DNA of 64,000 nucleotides, from NCBI GenBank assembly GCA_963782265.1, contig CAWAJD010000009.1, positions 101 through 64,100 on the forward strand, in the 5' to 3' direction. How positions within the stretch are numbered: position 1 is the stretch's first letter; every line of letters starts with the position of its first letter. The translations under genes and the position numbers were made by a program. A model generated the notes under the pieces. That model was given only the letters and a program-made list of their open reading frames with translations. It was not told the DNA's origin and did no database searches. Source of the stretch: Vulcanimicrobiota bacterium. GTDB lineage: Bacteria; Vulcanimicrobiota; Vulcanimicrobiia; Vulcanimicrobiales; Vulcanimicrobiaceae. Below are positions 46,520 through 56,784 of this stretch, piece after piece.

Positions 46520-46602
46520 GCGTCGTCGAAGGGCCGCTTCGGTTTATTTTGGGTGGCGGTCCTTCGACTACGCTCACTACGTTCGCTACGCTCAGGATGA
46601 CA
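46518..46602. repeat. Repeat copy 3 plus a partial opposing copy, forming a long hairpin directly after the DUF922 stop
   Basis: gagcgtcgtcgaagggccgc (46518-46537) pairs with gcggtccttcgactacgctc (46556-46575) at 18 of 20 positions. The right-hand part continues to ...ctacgctcaggatgaca, as in copy 2. Confidence 0.7.
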
Positions 46603-46629
46603 AGGGGGGGCGAGTGCTGTATTTACCGG

Positions 46630-47772
46630 ATGATCGTACGCGCTGGGATTCTTACGACGGGACGCTCGAGCCCCGAAGCGGAACGTTAATTCGAAATTGC
46701 CGACGGCAAGATTTTGCAGATCGTGGCGAGCCAGGGCGAGTACGATCTCGCCGCGGCCTGTGTGACGCCGGGGCTGGTGAACGCGCACGCGCATTTGGAG
46801 ATGAGCGGCGAGCCCGACACGATGGCGGCCATCTTTAACTCGACGCCGGGGCAGCGGTTGCTGCGGGCGGTTGAGAACGCGCGTAAATCGGTGAAGGCGG
46901 GCGTGACCACGATCCGCGACGTCGGCAGCTCGAACGCCATCGCGGCCGACGTGCGCGACGCGATGGATGCCGGTCGTATCCCGGGCCCGCGTATGCAGCC
47001 TCCGGCGCTGTGTTGTGCATGACGGGCGGTCACGGCTGGCCGGTCGGCCGCGCGATCGACTCGCCGTGGGAAGCGCGCAAGGGCGTGCGCGAGCAGCTCT
47101 GGGCCGGCGCCGACTGCATCAAACTCATCGCGACCGGCGGCGTGCTGACCAAAGGCGCGGTGCCCGGCAACGCGCAGCCAGCCCCGAAGAACTCACCGCG
47201 GCCGTGGATCAATTCCACGGCACGGCATGCGCGTCGCGTCGCACGCCATCGGCGCCGCTCGGCATCAAGAACGCACTGCGGGCCGGTGTCGACTCGATCG
47301 AACACGGCCACATGCTGGACGACGAGGCGATCGCGCTTTTTAAGGAACGCGGCACGTATCTCGTGCCGACCCTACCTCGCCGACCTGCATCTTGGCGCAT
47401 TTCGAAGGCGGCGGACAGCCCGAGTTCGTCTTGCGCAAAGCCAAGACGGTCAACGAAGCGATGCTCGTCAATATCCGCAATGCCTACAAACAAGGCGTGC
47501 GCATCGCCGGCGGCTCCGATGCCGGAACGCCGTTTAACTACCACGATGCCTACGCGTACGAAGTCGAGCTGATGAGCACGCTGCTCGGTATGACTCCGCA
47601 GCAAGCGCTGCACGCTGCCACCGCCGTCGCTGCGGAACTCACCGGACTCCACCGCGGTATCGTCGCGATCGGCGAATACGCCGACCTGATGCTGCTCGAT
47701 CGCGACGCCGGGTCGGACGTCAGAGCCTTACGCAACCCGAAGGTCGTGCTCAAAGGCGGCCAGGTGGTCTAA
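46630..47772 (+). pseudogene. Amidohydrolase-family metal-dependent hydrolase, with an in-frame TAA at 46687-46689 and at least 3 frame breaks
   Basis: MIVRAGILT...PEAER*FEIADGKILQIV...TPGLVNAHAHLEM...TTIRDVG, then [19 protein letters not shown], then GVDSIEHGH, then [11 protein letters not shown]...ADLMLLD, spread over different frames. Confidence 0.75.
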
Positions 47773-47781
47773 CCCGCCTTT

Positions 47782-48371
47782 TTAATACAGGAATGGCACG
47801 AACCGTTTCGTGCGTTTCATGTAGTGGAGATAGGGATCGCCGATCACGGCGGCAAGCGCCCGTTCCTCAACGTTGACGCGATAGAAGAAAGCGACGACAA
47901 CGATCGCTAATAGCGTAGCAAGACTTATCCAGTTTCCAAGCGCCGCCCCGACGCCAAAGAAGATGACAAGAGCGGCGGTGTATGAAGGATGGCGAACGTA
48001 CCGATACGCTCCCCGCTCGATAACGGCGTGATCGGGGTTAACGATCACGGATCCCGTAAAGCTCGATCCGAGCATACGCCTGCAATGGCGGCGAAACAAA
48101 CTGCCGACGATCAGAGCGAAAACGCCCACCCAAAAACATAACGTCGGGTACGGCAGTCGCCAAAGGGTACGGTGAATGCTATCGCAAATGCGATGCCCAT
48201 TCCGAAAATTGCAGCGAGCATGAGTACCAGCTTCGAATAAGCATCTTGCGAGGTTCGCCACCCTTCATTACGTCTCACAACAATTCGAGAGTCCGGCAGG
48301 AGAGCCAAAACGAATGTTGTCCAAAAAATGAGAGCGTACGGCCAGGTAAGCACAAGTAAGCGCACGTTCAC
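47782..48371 (-). pseudogene. Isoprenylcysteine carboxyl methyltransferase (ICMT/PEMT) family membrane protein, one frame break near 48130
   Basis: ERGAYRYVRHPSYTAALVIFFG is in the 3' frame. The N-terminal TM segments MNVRLLVLTWPYALIFWTTFVLALL are in another frame. Confidence 0.65.
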
Positions 48372-48374
48372 CGC

Positions 48375-49580
48375 TCAATCGTTGCTGAATACGGCTCCAT
48401 GCGGAATTGCGCTTCCATTCCAGCCGTCGGGCCATGCGCGCGTAAAGTCGATCGATTGCGGGCTGAGTTCGAGCTGACCCGTTTCGCGGTCGATCGTGGC
48501 GAACAACGCGCGCGTTCGTAGGGCGCCTGGGCCGGTGATCACGATCCTGTCCCCTCCGGGCTCTATCGCGAGCCAGTGCGGATCCTCGTCGGGCTTCAGA
48601 AGAATGCGGCCGACTTCGCGCGGGTGGGACGGATCGTGCATATCGAGGCTTACGATGGCGTGGCCGCTCTGCATCGTTTCCACAAGATAGTTTCCCGACG
48701 ACGATCGGCACTTCGCACACACGATAGCCGAAGTCATAGACGTGCTTCACCGTCGGGTCGCCGGCAAGATCTTGCAGCAGGTAAAGCCCGCAGTGGAATG
48801 TCGGAACGGCGACCGTCTCGCCGTCGGCGAGCACGCGGGGCTCCGATGAGTCGGCCGCGTCGTCGGCAAACCAATCTGAAGCTTGAGGCAGCACGATCGT
48901 CTTGAGCAGCTTGAGATCCGACAATCTCCAAACTTGCACCACACGGCTCTGCTGCGCTCCCATCATATCGGCGCTTCCCGTGACCACGCGGTTCAACTTC
49001 TCGACGACGGTTAAGCTGTACGGCCGAATGTTGCGATCGACGTGCGGATCCGCCGCCGAGCTCGTCTTGACGATGTGCCCGTGGGCGTCGATTTCCACGA
49101 GGCCGCCCGGAGCGTGATTGAAGCCTCCGGCATATTGAAACGTCGCAAGCGTGTTTCCCGTCGACAGATAGACGAACGAATGGGGGTACATGTAGTTCCC
49201 CGCGTTGCCAATTGCGAGATCAGACGCGGCGACTGCGGGTCGCGAACGTCGAACATGTAGGTGCGATTCGCGAGCCAGTCGTTGGCGAAGAGCACGCCGT
49301 TCGGCTGCAGCGCATAGCTCGTGTGATGCGCCATCTTGGCCCCACTTCCGACGGGAAGCATCGCCACGAGCTTCCCGAACGCCGGCGCATCGGGTGCGAC
49401 GTCGAACACGGCAAGAAAATCTTTTCCCAATCTTGCCGACGCCGGAGTTGCGGCATCGGGATGTCGAGCTTCCATCGCCCAGACGAAGAGGTAACGGCTA
49501 GGGGGAGAAGCCGGTGCGGCTCCAGCAGCAGAATAGCGCCGAGAACCAGCCAACGAAACGCCGACGGCATGCTCATTCAT
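48375..49580 (-). pseudogene. Selenium-binding protein (SBP56)/methanethiol-oxidase-like protein, 2-3 frame breaks
   Basis: RYLFVWAMEA...DFLAVFDVAPDAPAFGKLVAMLPVG..AHHTSY, then YPHSFVYLSTGN...GGLVEID, then HAIVSLDMHDPSHPREV...PHWLAIEPGGDRIVITG, in three frames. Confidence 0.6.
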
Positions 49581-50009
49581 GCTACTATCGCGCCCGGGCG
49601 GACGCGACCTCTAGTGGATCCATCCCCCAAACATGGCTGCGGTCCGCTGACGATCCACGTCGTCCCGCCCTTGGCGACGACCATCACGACGCTGCCCGTC
49701 TTTCGATCGCCGACTAAGAAAACGGCGCCCTCCTGAAGGTCCCTCACGAAAACGGTGTTCGGGGCTTTCGTTTTGTACCACGCCGAGACGTCGGCGACGG
49801 AATCGGCGTCCTATACGAACGTCCGTCCGGCGAAGGCGAGCTCGGCATAAATGGCGAGTCGCTGCCGTTGCTCCGGGATAAACGGGAATGTCGCCGGCAG
49901 CCGGGCTGCCTGCCGCCGACGAACTCGAGGATGACGCGTTCGAGCCCCCGGCGATCGCGAGCACCGCGAACGTTGCTAGAAATGCGATCCTTAGAACTTG
50001 TCGTTTCAT
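49577..50009 (-). pseudogene. Small secreted protein with one frame break and an in-frame TAG (49811-49813)
   Basis: MKRQVLRIAFLATFAVLAIAGG...IPVYPGATAAT, then RLAIYAELAFAGRTFV*DADSVADVSAWYKTKAPNTVFV...VVAKGGTTWIVSG. The 3' end is uncertain. Confidence 0.4.
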
Positions 50010-50068
50010 ACGTCGCCGTTCGGCAGCGCGAGGACATGTCATGTCGGCGCAGCGAACCTCGCCGCATC

Positions 50069-51469
50069 ATGAGAGCTTTCCCGGCCATTGCAATCGCCGC
50101 GGCGCTCGCGCTGCCGGCCATTCCGGTTCCGCTCCTCGCCGCGTCCGCCGCTCCGGCGGTTGCCGGCAGTCCGATTCAGCACGTGATCGTCGTCATCCAA
50201 GAAAATCGTTCGATGGACAACTTGTTCGCATCGTCGGTTCTTGCAAACGGCGGGCCCTATCCCGGCGCCAACGTTTCGCAGACGACGACCGTCGACGGCA
50301 AGCCCGTCAGCCTTCAGCCGGTCGGATTTCAGAACCCCGGCGACCCAGGCCACAGTCACGCGGAACTTCTCGCCGAATGGAACGACGGTAAGATGGATGG
50401 GTTCGCCGACGATCCAACGTCTGCGTACGGCGGGTTTCCGAAACCGGCGCCCGGCTTTCCGATCGCGTACGTTCCCGCCGAAGAAACGACGCTGTACCAC
50501 TTACTGGCGCAGCGCTACGCGATGGCCGATGAGAACTTCGCACCGCGTCTCGTCCCGACGTTCCCGAGCCACGTATTTCTAATTACGGCCCAGAGTCAGT
50601 TTTCGGGAAATCCGAACGACCCGACAAACTGGGGCTGCGATTCGAAACTGGGCACGACGGCGCCGATTTTTCAGAGCGGCGAGAGCCAAAGTCTCCCGGC
50701 ATCTTTCCCTGCGTCGACAATCAGACGATCGGCGACCTGCTCGACCGCGCAGGCGTGACCTGGAAATACTACACCGGAGCGATCGGCAATCTCGCCGACG
50801 CGCAAATCAACGTTTACGATGCGATCAAGCACATCCGGTACGGGCTCGACTGGAACCGCAACATTTCGACGCCGAACTCGACGATCTTAAGCGATATCCA
50901 GAACTGCCAGCTTCCGCAAGTATCGTACGTCACCCCGACGTGGCTGATGTCCGATCACGCGGGCAGCATGACGGGCGGCGGCCCAGGCTGGGTCGGTTCG
51001 ATCTATCTGGCAATCACGCAAAGCGCGCTCGCGAAGTCGCCCGGCTGCCGCTATTACGCCGACACGGCCATCATTTTGGTTTGGGACGATAGCGGCGGGT
51101 GGTACGATCACGTCCCGCCGCCGAAGGGGCCGGACGGCACGAGCTGGGGCTTCCGCATTCCGATCCTTGCGATCTCGCCGTGGGCGCGCTCGAAATTACG
51201 ATCCCGCCAATCCGCACGCGATTCCATATGTGTCGCATACCGTTCGCGAATCGACGGCGATCGTTCGGTTCATCGAGAAGAACTGGGCGCTGGGCGATCT
51301 CGGGCAACGCGATGCGAGCGGCGACGACCTGAGCGACATGTTCGACTACACCCGAGCCGCCCCGATTCCGGCGATCACGAAGTTGTCGATGCAGCGAATG
51401 ATTCGCGGCACCGGCCTCAATCTCGCGGCTGCGCTGCGCGACACGCACGCGGTCGACGACGACCAGTAG
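50069..51469 (+). pseudogene. Phosphoesterase family protein (phospholipase C/acid phosphatase AcpA-like), 2 frame breaks at about 50700 and 51190
   Basis: A signal peptide is followed by IQHVIVVIQENRSMDNLF. Later come GVTWKYY...VSYVTP...ILVWDDSGGWYDHVPPP...GFRIPILAISPWA and VSHTVRESTAIVRFIEKNW. Confidence 0.7.
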
Positions 51470-51470
51470 C

Positions 51471-52628
51471 GTGCGCGAAGGCGGCGATCTCACCGGGCTG
51501 CGCGTAGCGGTCCTCGCGCCGATATCTTGGCCCGTGCCGCCGCCGGGGTACGGGCCATGGGAGCAAGTCGCGTTCGATATCGCCGACGGCATGCACCGCC
51601 GCGGATTGGACGTCACGCTCTTCGCCTCCGGAAACTCGCGCTTCGACGGGCAGCTCGTTTCGGTCGTCCCGGTCGGCGATAAACGAGGATCCGGCCCTCA
51701 ACGGCGACGTCTACGCCGCATTGCACATCGGCGAGCTCTTCCGCCGCGCGCACGACTTCGACTTGATCCACAACAACTTCGATTGGAAGCCGATGACGTA
51801 CGCGCTTGGCTCCGACCGTCGCCGCCGATGCTCACGACGATCCACGGTTCTCTTCCCGCAGATCCTGGCGGCGTACTATGCCTGTGCCGGCCGCACGTTC
51901 TTCTGCTCGATTTCCGATTCCGATCGCGACCCCGGACTCGACTATCTCGCGACGGCGTACAACGGCATCGATCCAAACCTGTTTACGTTCAACGATCGCG
52001 CCGGCGATTATCTCGTGTTTCTCGGCCGTTTTCATCCCGAGAAAGGGCGCGCACCTCGCGATCGAGATCGCCAGACGCGCGGGCGTACGCCTGAAGATGG
52101 CGGCGATCCCGCAAGATGCAGAATATTTCCGCGAGTCGGTCGAACCGCACATCGACGGCGACCGCGTGCAATTTCTCGGCGAGGTGCGGCGCGAAGCGCG
52201 CAACGAACTGCTGAGCAGCGCGCTCGCGCTTGGTGCACATGACGACGCGGCCGGAGCGCTTCGGCTTGACGATGATCGAAGCGATGGCGTGCGGCACGCC
52301 CGTGCTCGGGGCGCGTATGGGATCGATTCCCGAAATCGTCGTCGACGGTACGACGGGCTTTTTATGCGACACCGTCGACGATGCGGTGGCGAATGTTCCA
52401 CGGCTAGCGGCGCTGGATCGGCGCGCGTGCCGTGCGCGCGTCGAGGCCGAGTTTACCGTGGAACGCATGATCGACCGCTACCTCGGAGCATACGAACTTG
52501 CCGTCGCACGCGGCTTACCCGGACCGCCAAGGGCCGAGCAAGTACGCATGCGGCGACACGACTGGTGGGATCGGCCGATGGGCTACACCGATATCCCGCC
52601 GAAACCCAAGAGTCTAGAGTTCTCGTAA
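51471..52628 (+). pseudogene. Glycosyltransferase family 4, at least 3 frame breaks
   Basis: LRVAVLAPISWPVPPPGYGPWEQV..., DYLVFLGRFHPEKG and ERFGLTMIEAMACGTPVLGARMGSIPEIVVDGTTGFL, spread over three frames. Confidence 0.7.
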
Positions 52629-52629
52629 C

Positions 52630-53073
52630 TTACGCGTGAATCGGCTCGCGCTTCGGCACGGTGCGGCCTTCGTCCAGGTCGAGGAGGTCCGGCCAGGATC
52701 TCACGTCCGTGCGATCCGGCGCGATCTTCTTGCGCAGTTCGTTAAAATGCGTGAGCGATTCCCCGGTCGGCACGGTTGCGAGCCAGGTCCGGTTAAAGGC
52801 CTCGATCGATCTCGCGTCCTTCTTGGCGACGTACACGTTTGCGTACGCTTCGATCTCCGCATCGTCTTTTGCATCCTTCACCGTATTGAAGAATGCCTTC
52901 GAGTCCATGCCAAGGTATTCGAAGAGCCCTCGGTCCATGGGACAATCATATTTGTATTCGCCTATGCGACCGTGAGCGACGGCTTTTGCCTTATCGGTGG
53001 TCCGGGCGAGCTGCACGATACCGAGCATCTTTTCTTTGACGCTCCGCGGCGCTGTTTGTGTTAGGTCCAACAT
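52630..53073 (-). CDS. DUF5069-family protein (intact copy)
   Basis: MLDLTQTAPRSVKEKMLGIVQLARTTDKAKA...IGEYKYDCPMDRGLFEYLG...WPDLLDLDEGR. Confidence 0.65.
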   Translation of the reverse strand: MLDLTQTAPRSVKEKMLGIVQLARTTDKAKAVAHGRIGEYKYDCPMDRGLFEYLGMDSKAFFNTVKDAKDDAEIEAYANVYVAKKDARSIEAFNRTWLATVPTGESLTHFNELRKKIAPDRTDVRSWPDLLDLDEGRTVPKREPIHA

Positions 53074-53180
53074 AAATGGTCAACTTTCAATCGAGCTGTA
53101 ATGTTTCTCCACACGATACCTACCCTCGCCCTATCCAGCCTACACGGACAAATGTCTCAATGCGGCGAAAAGATATTCCC

Positions 53181-53591
53181 ATGAAGGCTGGAGAGCGCGA
53201 CTACTCGCACCGGTCGCTCTACGACAAGCTTGGCGTGCAAGCTGAGTCGCGTGTCGCTCTCGTCGGCAAGCACGACGAGGCGTTTCTTCACGGCCTTGGA
53301 ATGGCGCTGGCGAAGAGCGCCTCCACGCAGTTGTGTGCCGGCTACGACATCATCTTCCTACGAGTCGATGCGACGCGCGATCTCGCGAAGATCGCCATCG
53401 CTGCCGATCACCTCGTCCCGAACGGGAGATTGTGGATCTTTCATCCCAAGGGAAAAGATGCGTCGCCAAGCGATAGCGAGGTGCGTGCCGCCGGCATCGG
53501 CGCCGGATTGGTGGATAACAAGATCAGCGGCTACACGGCGTCGCATGCGGCGACGCAGTACGTTATACCGGTATCGCGGCGCTCTCGATGA
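53181..53591 (+). CDS. DUF3052-like protein
   Basis: SLYDKLGVQAESRVALVG...YDIIFLRV...LVPNGRLWIFHPKGK...GLVDNKISGY. An alternative start lies at 53160. Confidence 0.55.
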   Translation: MKAGERDYSHRSLYDKLGVQAESRVALVGKHDEAFLHGLGMALAKSASTQLCAGYDIIFLRVDATRDLAKIAIAADHLVPNGRLWIFHPKGKDASPSDSEVRAAGIGAGLVDNKISGYTASHAATQYVIPVSRRSR

Positions 53592-53905
53592 CCGACGCTA
53601 AGGCCGTTGCGGCAAAGCTCGATCAAATCGAGGCCGAAATGCGCCGCATCGGCATATGGAGCGAGAAAGCACCGAGCCCGGAGCAATTCCAGTCGCAGCG
53701 GGCCTTTTTGACCGATACGATGGCCTTCGAGCAGTGGCTGCAGTTCGTGTTCCTACCGCACGCGCGCGAGGCGGTGATCGGAGAGTTTCCGTTTCCCACG
53801 TCGAGTTCCGTCGGAACTCGCGCCGTCAAAGAGTTCGACGGCAGCGCCGAGTCACAACGCCTCGGAACGCTCCTGTCGGAATTCGACGGCTTGATTCACG
53901 GATAG
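53588..53905 (+). CDS. YqcC-family protein (DUF446)
   Basis: KLDQIEAEMRRIGIWSEKAPSPEQFQSQRAFLTDTMAFEQWLQFVFLP. Confidence 0.6.
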   Translation: MTDAKAVAAKLDQIEAEMRRIGIWSEKAPSPEQFQSQRAFLTDTMAFEQWLQFVFLPHAREAVIGEFPFPTSSSVGTRAVKEFDGSAESQRLGTLLSEFDGLIHG

Positions 53906-53910
53906 CTCGA

Positions 53911-55065
53911 CTAGGGGCCGCCGAACTTCGGCATATCCGGCATCCAGCGCAGCCGCTCGCGTGCGCGCTTGGCACGTTCCACCGACTGCTCCTCGACCGG
54001 TTCGTCGACGAGCATCGTGAAGTGCCCCATCTTGCGCCGCGCGACCGCGTGTTTTTTGCCGTAGAGGTGCAGCACGATCGACGGATCCGCGAGCAGCGTG
54101 GGGATGCCGGCTAAATAATCGCCCGTCCCATCGCCCAAGATATTCACCATCACCGCACCGGAGAACAGCCGCGGCTGCGCCAGCGGCAGATCGCAAATCG
54201 CTCGGACGTGCTGTTCGTACTGCGAGCACTGCGTGACGTCGATGGTGTAGTGGCCGCTGTTGTGCGGACGCGGTGCGATCTCGTTGACGAGCAGTTCCTC
54301 ATCGTGCGTGAGAAAAAACTCGACGGCATAGGTACCGACGATCTTGAGCTTGTGTCCGATCGTGGCCGCCATCTGCTGCGCGCGCGCGGTATGCTTCTTG
54401 TCGATTCGCGCCGGCGCGACGGTCGTCACCAGAATCCCGTGATCGTGGACGTTCTCAGCTACGGGGTACGCTACGACGTTGTCCTTCGCATCGCGCGTCG
54501 CGATTACGCTGAGCTCGCGCGAGAACGGCACGAACTTTTCGAAGATCAACTTCGCGCCCTTTGCCGCGGCAAAGGCCGACTTCGCCTCATCCAGCGAATT
54601 CGCGCGCCACTGCCCTTTGCCGTCGTAGCCGCCGCGCACGGTTTTTAGCACGGCCGGAAAGCCGACCATCATCGCCGCGCGCGAGAGATCGTCCATGCGA
54701 TCGATCTCATCGAAGTCGGCGGTCGGGACGCCGCACTCGCGCACGAAGCGTTTTTCGAGCAAACGATCCTGCGTGATACGTAAGACGTCGCTCGAAGGCG
54801 TGACGCGATATCCGAGCTTCTCCAGATGCTCGACCGACTCGACCGCAATGTTTTCGAACTCAAACGTGACGACGTCGCTGCGCCGCCCGAGTTCGGCAAC
54901 CGCATCCTTATTGTCGTAGCTCGCAACGATCTGTTCGTCGGCAACTTGCCCGCACGGCGAATGCTCCTGCGGGTCGAGCACGATCACGTGATAGCCCATC
55001 CGCTTCGCGTCTACCGCGAACATGCGGCCCAGCTGACCGCCGCCGATTACGCCGATGGTGTGCAT
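53911..55065 (-). CDS. purK: N5-carboxyaminoimidazole ribonucleotide synthase
   Basis: IGVIGGGQLGRM..., an ATP-grasp with FPAVLKTVRGGYDGKGQ, and NEIAPRPHNSGH. Confidence 0.85.
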   Translation of the reverse strand: MHTIGVIGGGQLGRMFAVDAKRMGYHVIVLDPQEHSPCGQVADEQIVASYDNKDAVAELGRRSDVVTFEFENIAVESVEHLEKLGYRVTPSSDVLRITQDRLLEKRFVRECGVPTADFDEIDRMDDLSRAAMMVGFPAVLKTVRGGYDGKGQWRANSLDEAKSAFAAAKGAKLIFEKFVPFSRELSVIATRDAKDNVVAYPVAENVHDHGILVTTVAPARIDKKHTARAQQMAATIGHKLKIVGTYAVEFFLTHDEELLVNEIAPRPHNSGHYTIDVTQCSQYEQHVRAICDLPLAQPRLFSGAVMVNILGDGTGDYLAGIPTLLADPSIVLHLYGKKHAVARRKMGHFTMLVDEPVEEQSVERAKRARERLRWMPDMPKFGGP

Positions 55066-55533
55066 TTATTCGGGACTGCTGGCGGCGGCTGCGTCGTGCA
55101 TCTTTGCGATATAGGCATCCAGCCGTTTTGCGACGCCCGCGTCGTGCAGCGCTAAAATGCGCGCGGCAAACAGCGCCGCGTTAACCGCACCCCCGATGGC
55201 CATGGTGGCCACCGGAACGCCGGGCGGCATCTGCGCGATCGACAGGATCGAATCGACGCCGCTCAAGGCCTTGGACTGCACGGGCACGCCGATCACGGGG
55301 ACGGTCGTCTTGGAAGCGGTCATCCCCGGCAGATGCGCGGCCCCGCCGGCACCCGCGATGATCACCTGCACCCCGCGCGCCTTCGCCGAGGCGGCGTATT
55401 CGAACATCTCATCCGGCATGCGATGCGCCGAAACCACGCGCATCTCCCATTCGATCCCCAAATCGACCAGCGTATCGCGCGCGGGCGACATCGTCTCCCA
55501 GTCGGATTTGCTGCCCATAATGATTCCAACCAT
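55066..55533 (-). CDS. purE: N5-CAIR mutase
   Basis: [14 protein letters not shown]...[16 protein letters not shown]...[14 protein letters not shown]. Confidence 0.85.
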   Translation of the reverse strand: MVGIIMGSKSDWETMSPARDTLVDLGIEWEMRVVSAHRMPDEMFEYAASAKARGVQVIIAGAGGAAHLPGMTASKTTVPVIGVPVQSKALSGVDSILSIAQMPPGVPVATMAIGGAVNAALFAARILALHDAGVAKRLDAYIAKMHDAAAASSPE

Positions 55534-55613
55534 CAAAAAACGCCTTCGCGCCAAATCCCCGCTTGTCATGCCAACAGCGGGAGCGGACGCCGCACTTCAC
55601 GAACCTCCGGGCC

Positions 55614-56784
55614 ATGGCCCGCTTCCTACTCGGCATCAACTACTGGCCGCGCAGCAGCGCAATGTATGCCTGGCAACGCTTCGACCTGGGCGAGATTCGC
55701 GAGGACATGGCGCGCATCAAGAGCCTGGGACTCGACGTCGTGCGCTTCTTTCTACTCTGGGAGCAGTTCCAACCCCACCCCGACGTGATGGACGAGAAAA
55801 CGCTGCAGCACTTCGAATCGGTGATGGCGGCGATCCACGACGCCGGCCTGCAGTCGATGCCGACGCTCTTCTGCGGACACATGAGCGGCGTCAACTGGCT
55901 GCCTGCGTGGACGCTCGACATGCAGACACCGCACGGCCGCTTTCGCACGATCTCGGGCGGCAGCACCTCACCGTTCGGCATCGGCGACTTTTACGCCGAT
56001 CCGCATCTGCTGCGCGCGCAGACGCTCTTTGCCCATCGCGTCGCCGAACGCGTGCGGGATCATCCCGCGCTCTACGCCTGGGATCTCGGCAACGAATTCT
56101 CCAACCTGCGCGAACCCGCATCGCCGCAAGACGCCGCGGCGTGGAGCGTGCGGCTGACCGAAACGCTGATCGAGCACTCCAACGTCGGCGCGACCGGCGG
56201 GTTGCACGGCGAAGATCTCGAACGCGATCGCCACATCCGTCCGTCCAGCATCGCGAGACCGTGGAGCTTCGCGACCATGCACGGCTACCCGGTGTACAGC
56301 GCGTTCGCGCGCGATCGCATGGATCCCAACGTCGTGCCGTTCTTGATGCAAGTCACGCAGTCGTGCAGCGGCAAGCGCGTGCTCTTCTCCGAACTCGGCA
56401 ATCCGGAATGCGCGCCGGGCGGCGAACGCGCCGGCGGGTTCGCGTGTCTCGACGAGGACGAAATGGCGCGGTATGCGCTTGCCGCGATCGACCGCTTGCA
56501 GAAACGCGGCGCGCTCGGCGCGCTTCTGGTGGTGCTGGGCGGATTACGACTTGGCACTCGCCGGCCTACCGCCGTTCGATCGGGCCGCGCACGAGCTGCG
56601 TTTCGGCATCGTGCGCGCGGACGGGAGCTTCAAACCCGTCGCCGAAGCGTTGCTGCGTCTCGCAAGCGAAGCGCGTACGGTCGCAGAACCGCAACGGGCG
56701 ATCGTAAAGGAAGCCGACTACTACGCCGCGCTGCCGCGCGGCATCTTCGACGAATATCGGAAGTACTGTGCTCTCTACCACTAA
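55614..56784 (+). pseudogene. Glycoside hydrolase, GH5-like TIM barrel, one frame break near 56520
   Basis: GINYWP...MARIKSLGLDVVRFFLLWEQFQP...WDLGNEFSN (NE acid/base motif)...LFSELGNP, then in another frame GAFWWCWADYD...RFGIVRADGSFKP. Confidence 0.55.

Noticed and set aside
55157-56707. 516-aa plus-strand ORF
   Set aside because: It is antisense to purE and out of frame with the GH5-like gene. It is Arg/Ala-rich and has no recognisable motifs.
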